Shown piece after piece: positions 62,301 through 64,000 of a stretch of 64,000 bases of DNA; the first letter of the stretch is position 1, and each line of letters opens with the position of its first letter. Position numbers and translations under genes: made by a program. The notes beneath the pieces were generated by a model that was given only the letters and a program-made list of their open reading frames with translations, had not been told where the DNA came from and did no database searches. The stretch covers positions 24,851,520-24,915,519 of the forward strand of contig OZ316893.1 of assembly GCA_973895155.1 (NCBI GenBank), given 5' to 3'. The DNA is from Marsupella aquatica. Taxonomy: Eukaryota; Plantae; Marchantiophyta.

Positions 62301-63890
62301 CTGATCCTGTTCCAAACACAGGGACACGAGAAAATTAAGATTACTATGAACAAAGTAGATTTATATTGTGTGGGTGCACACTTGCCCACCTCTGTCCCCC
62401 GATTGAAATTACTATCGTAGTAGTCCCTACCCCCAACCAGGACCCGTACTGCGCCACTCAATGGATCAATAGCAACCATTGCGGCCTCCATCCTGGTTTG
62501 ACCATCACGTTCTCAGCTGCCAAGTATTATACAGATGTCTTTCATAACCATAATCACAGGAGCGCGTTGAGAAGAGTTCGTTCCTCTCATACCTTGATTT
62601 TTCAGCAGCCTTGATCTCTTCTGCATACTTGGACATGGTGGCTTGGAGATATTCTTCCCTGCATTGAAGACGCGAGGATGCTGCAATTATGACATTGACT
62701 TTGCATTGATTTTAGAGTATGGAATGTGTGATAGAAAATGAAGACTTACGGAACTAAGGATCGCACAGTAACTGCAGCAGCTGCCTTCCTTGCAGCAGGA
62801 GATGATATGCTGTCACCAAGTTCGTCTCTGCACAAATACAAAGTGACAATAGCCCCGGATTTCAGCATTATAAACTATCATCAACTTGCTGTTCAAAGTT
62901 AACCTGATCTTCAAGCCACAATTGCCCTGATAATAGCAGCTCATCAGGGACATGCGAACATCTTTGAACCTCTGAGAATGTTTTGAAGTTGTGTTACGTA
63001 ACAAGATAATAAAGCCCTCCAAGCGATGCAGAAAGACAAGTGCACGTAACTGATGCAACTTACCTTGTCTCAGATGCTGCTGCTTCAGTTGCCAACTTCT
63101 TGCCTTCGCCGTGCTTTACAAAATGACCTGATTGATCCTCAGGGCTGAAAATCATCACAGAAGGTAGTCCCACGAGAATTCAGTAACAAAGCATATTCTT
63201 CAGATGGGAAGTTGACTACAACCGACACTGGTGATGACAACGTTACCCAATACTTCTCAAGAAACCATTACGTGAAGAATATCTGCATATCCAATAAATA
63301 TTCTTGGGCATTTCTTCAGATATAATGAATCGTATACACGTTTTACAATTGGAATTGCACTTGAAGCACTTGGCTGGTGGTTCCGGTCTTGGCATACACC
63401 AATCCATAAGCCCACTTGACTGCAAATAGATAATACATATGAGGCGACACAAGACGAGACATTGATACAGTTCTATTACTTATTTTGCAGGTTGAAACGG
63501 ACACTAAATCAAAGTATACGGGGGTTACCTTCTAATGGCTCCTTTGACGACTTTGGTGACCTGTTCCTGACGTTCAATTTGAAGAGCTTCCAATCTTTCC
63601 TGCGTTTTCTGCAGCCCTTCATCGGCAAGGAGGATCCTCTCTTCATCATATTCCACTAAGTGATGCAAAACTGCCTTCTCTGCGACGGTTTGCATTGATA
63701 GATCTAACGTCGTGTGCACCTGTGCATCAGCCGTAGAATGTCAGCACTAGATTTCATCTACCTGCAATTCAACAATGTAAAAGCAATGTCACAGAAACGC
63801 GACAGAAGTCTTAGTCGAAACTTGTCATACCTGTAGCCCACCACATGCAACCTTGGACCATCCATATTTCTGAGTCAACTCCGACAACAC
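59323..63890 (-). CDS. Class A penicillin-binding protein (PBP1A-like, plastid peptidoglycan); 3' part only, 5' end beyond the window
   Basis: Many short GT-AG exons give GGLQVHTTLD, EAAMVAIDPLSGAVRVLVGGRDY..SNFNR, RSAGSTLEP, VTLEEALVYSLNIP, VTPMQLATVYATIAAGG, AGKTGTS...DVWFAGFTP, VWLGYDDN, AVPIWNEFM. Last exon 59472-59323 ends in TGA. Confidence 0.92.
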
Positions 63891-64000
63891 CTGCCAAAAG
63901 TACGTTCTTCAATCTGCTTCTCTTCAAGGACCAAAATAAAAGTGCACTGTCGCAGAACAGGAACAGAGAAGCAAAATCATTTTTGCTAGCCCATGTTGCA

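Noticed and set aside
48769-63890. Microbial contamination as the source of the PBP, Fno-like and Tri101-like genes
   Set aside because: PBP and the Fno-like gene have GT-AG introns, host repeat families are interleaved, and the duplication joins acyltransferase and PBP-flanking DNA.

Overview
Nuclear DNA from a non-seed land plant, probably a bryophyte such as a liverwort. This is inferred from GT-AG spliced genes together with a spliced plastid-type penicillin-binding protein. The first ~15 kb is transposon and repeat debris. Host genes follow: a subgroup IIIf (TT8/GL3-type) bHLH, APC8/CDC23, an intronless calmodulin-lysine N-methyltransferase, and an Fe-S type APS reductase. The most striking part is 48.7-59.3 kb on the minus strand. 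It holds two tandem, intronless, GC-rich acyltransferases that resemble fungal Tri101-type enzymes more than plant BAHDs, followed by a one-intron F420:NADP oxidoreductase (Fno/NpdG)-like gene. This is a candidate horizontally acquired enzyme cluster. Next to it is a class A PBP whose catalytic SxxK motif reads S-T-L-E. Also found: a tRNA-derived SINE family with target-site duplications, a hairpin-ended non-autonomous element family, inverted modular repeats flanking APC8, a promoter module shared by two genes, and an intron-spanning overlapping uORF on the bHLH. All family assignments come from motif recognition by eye, not database searches.
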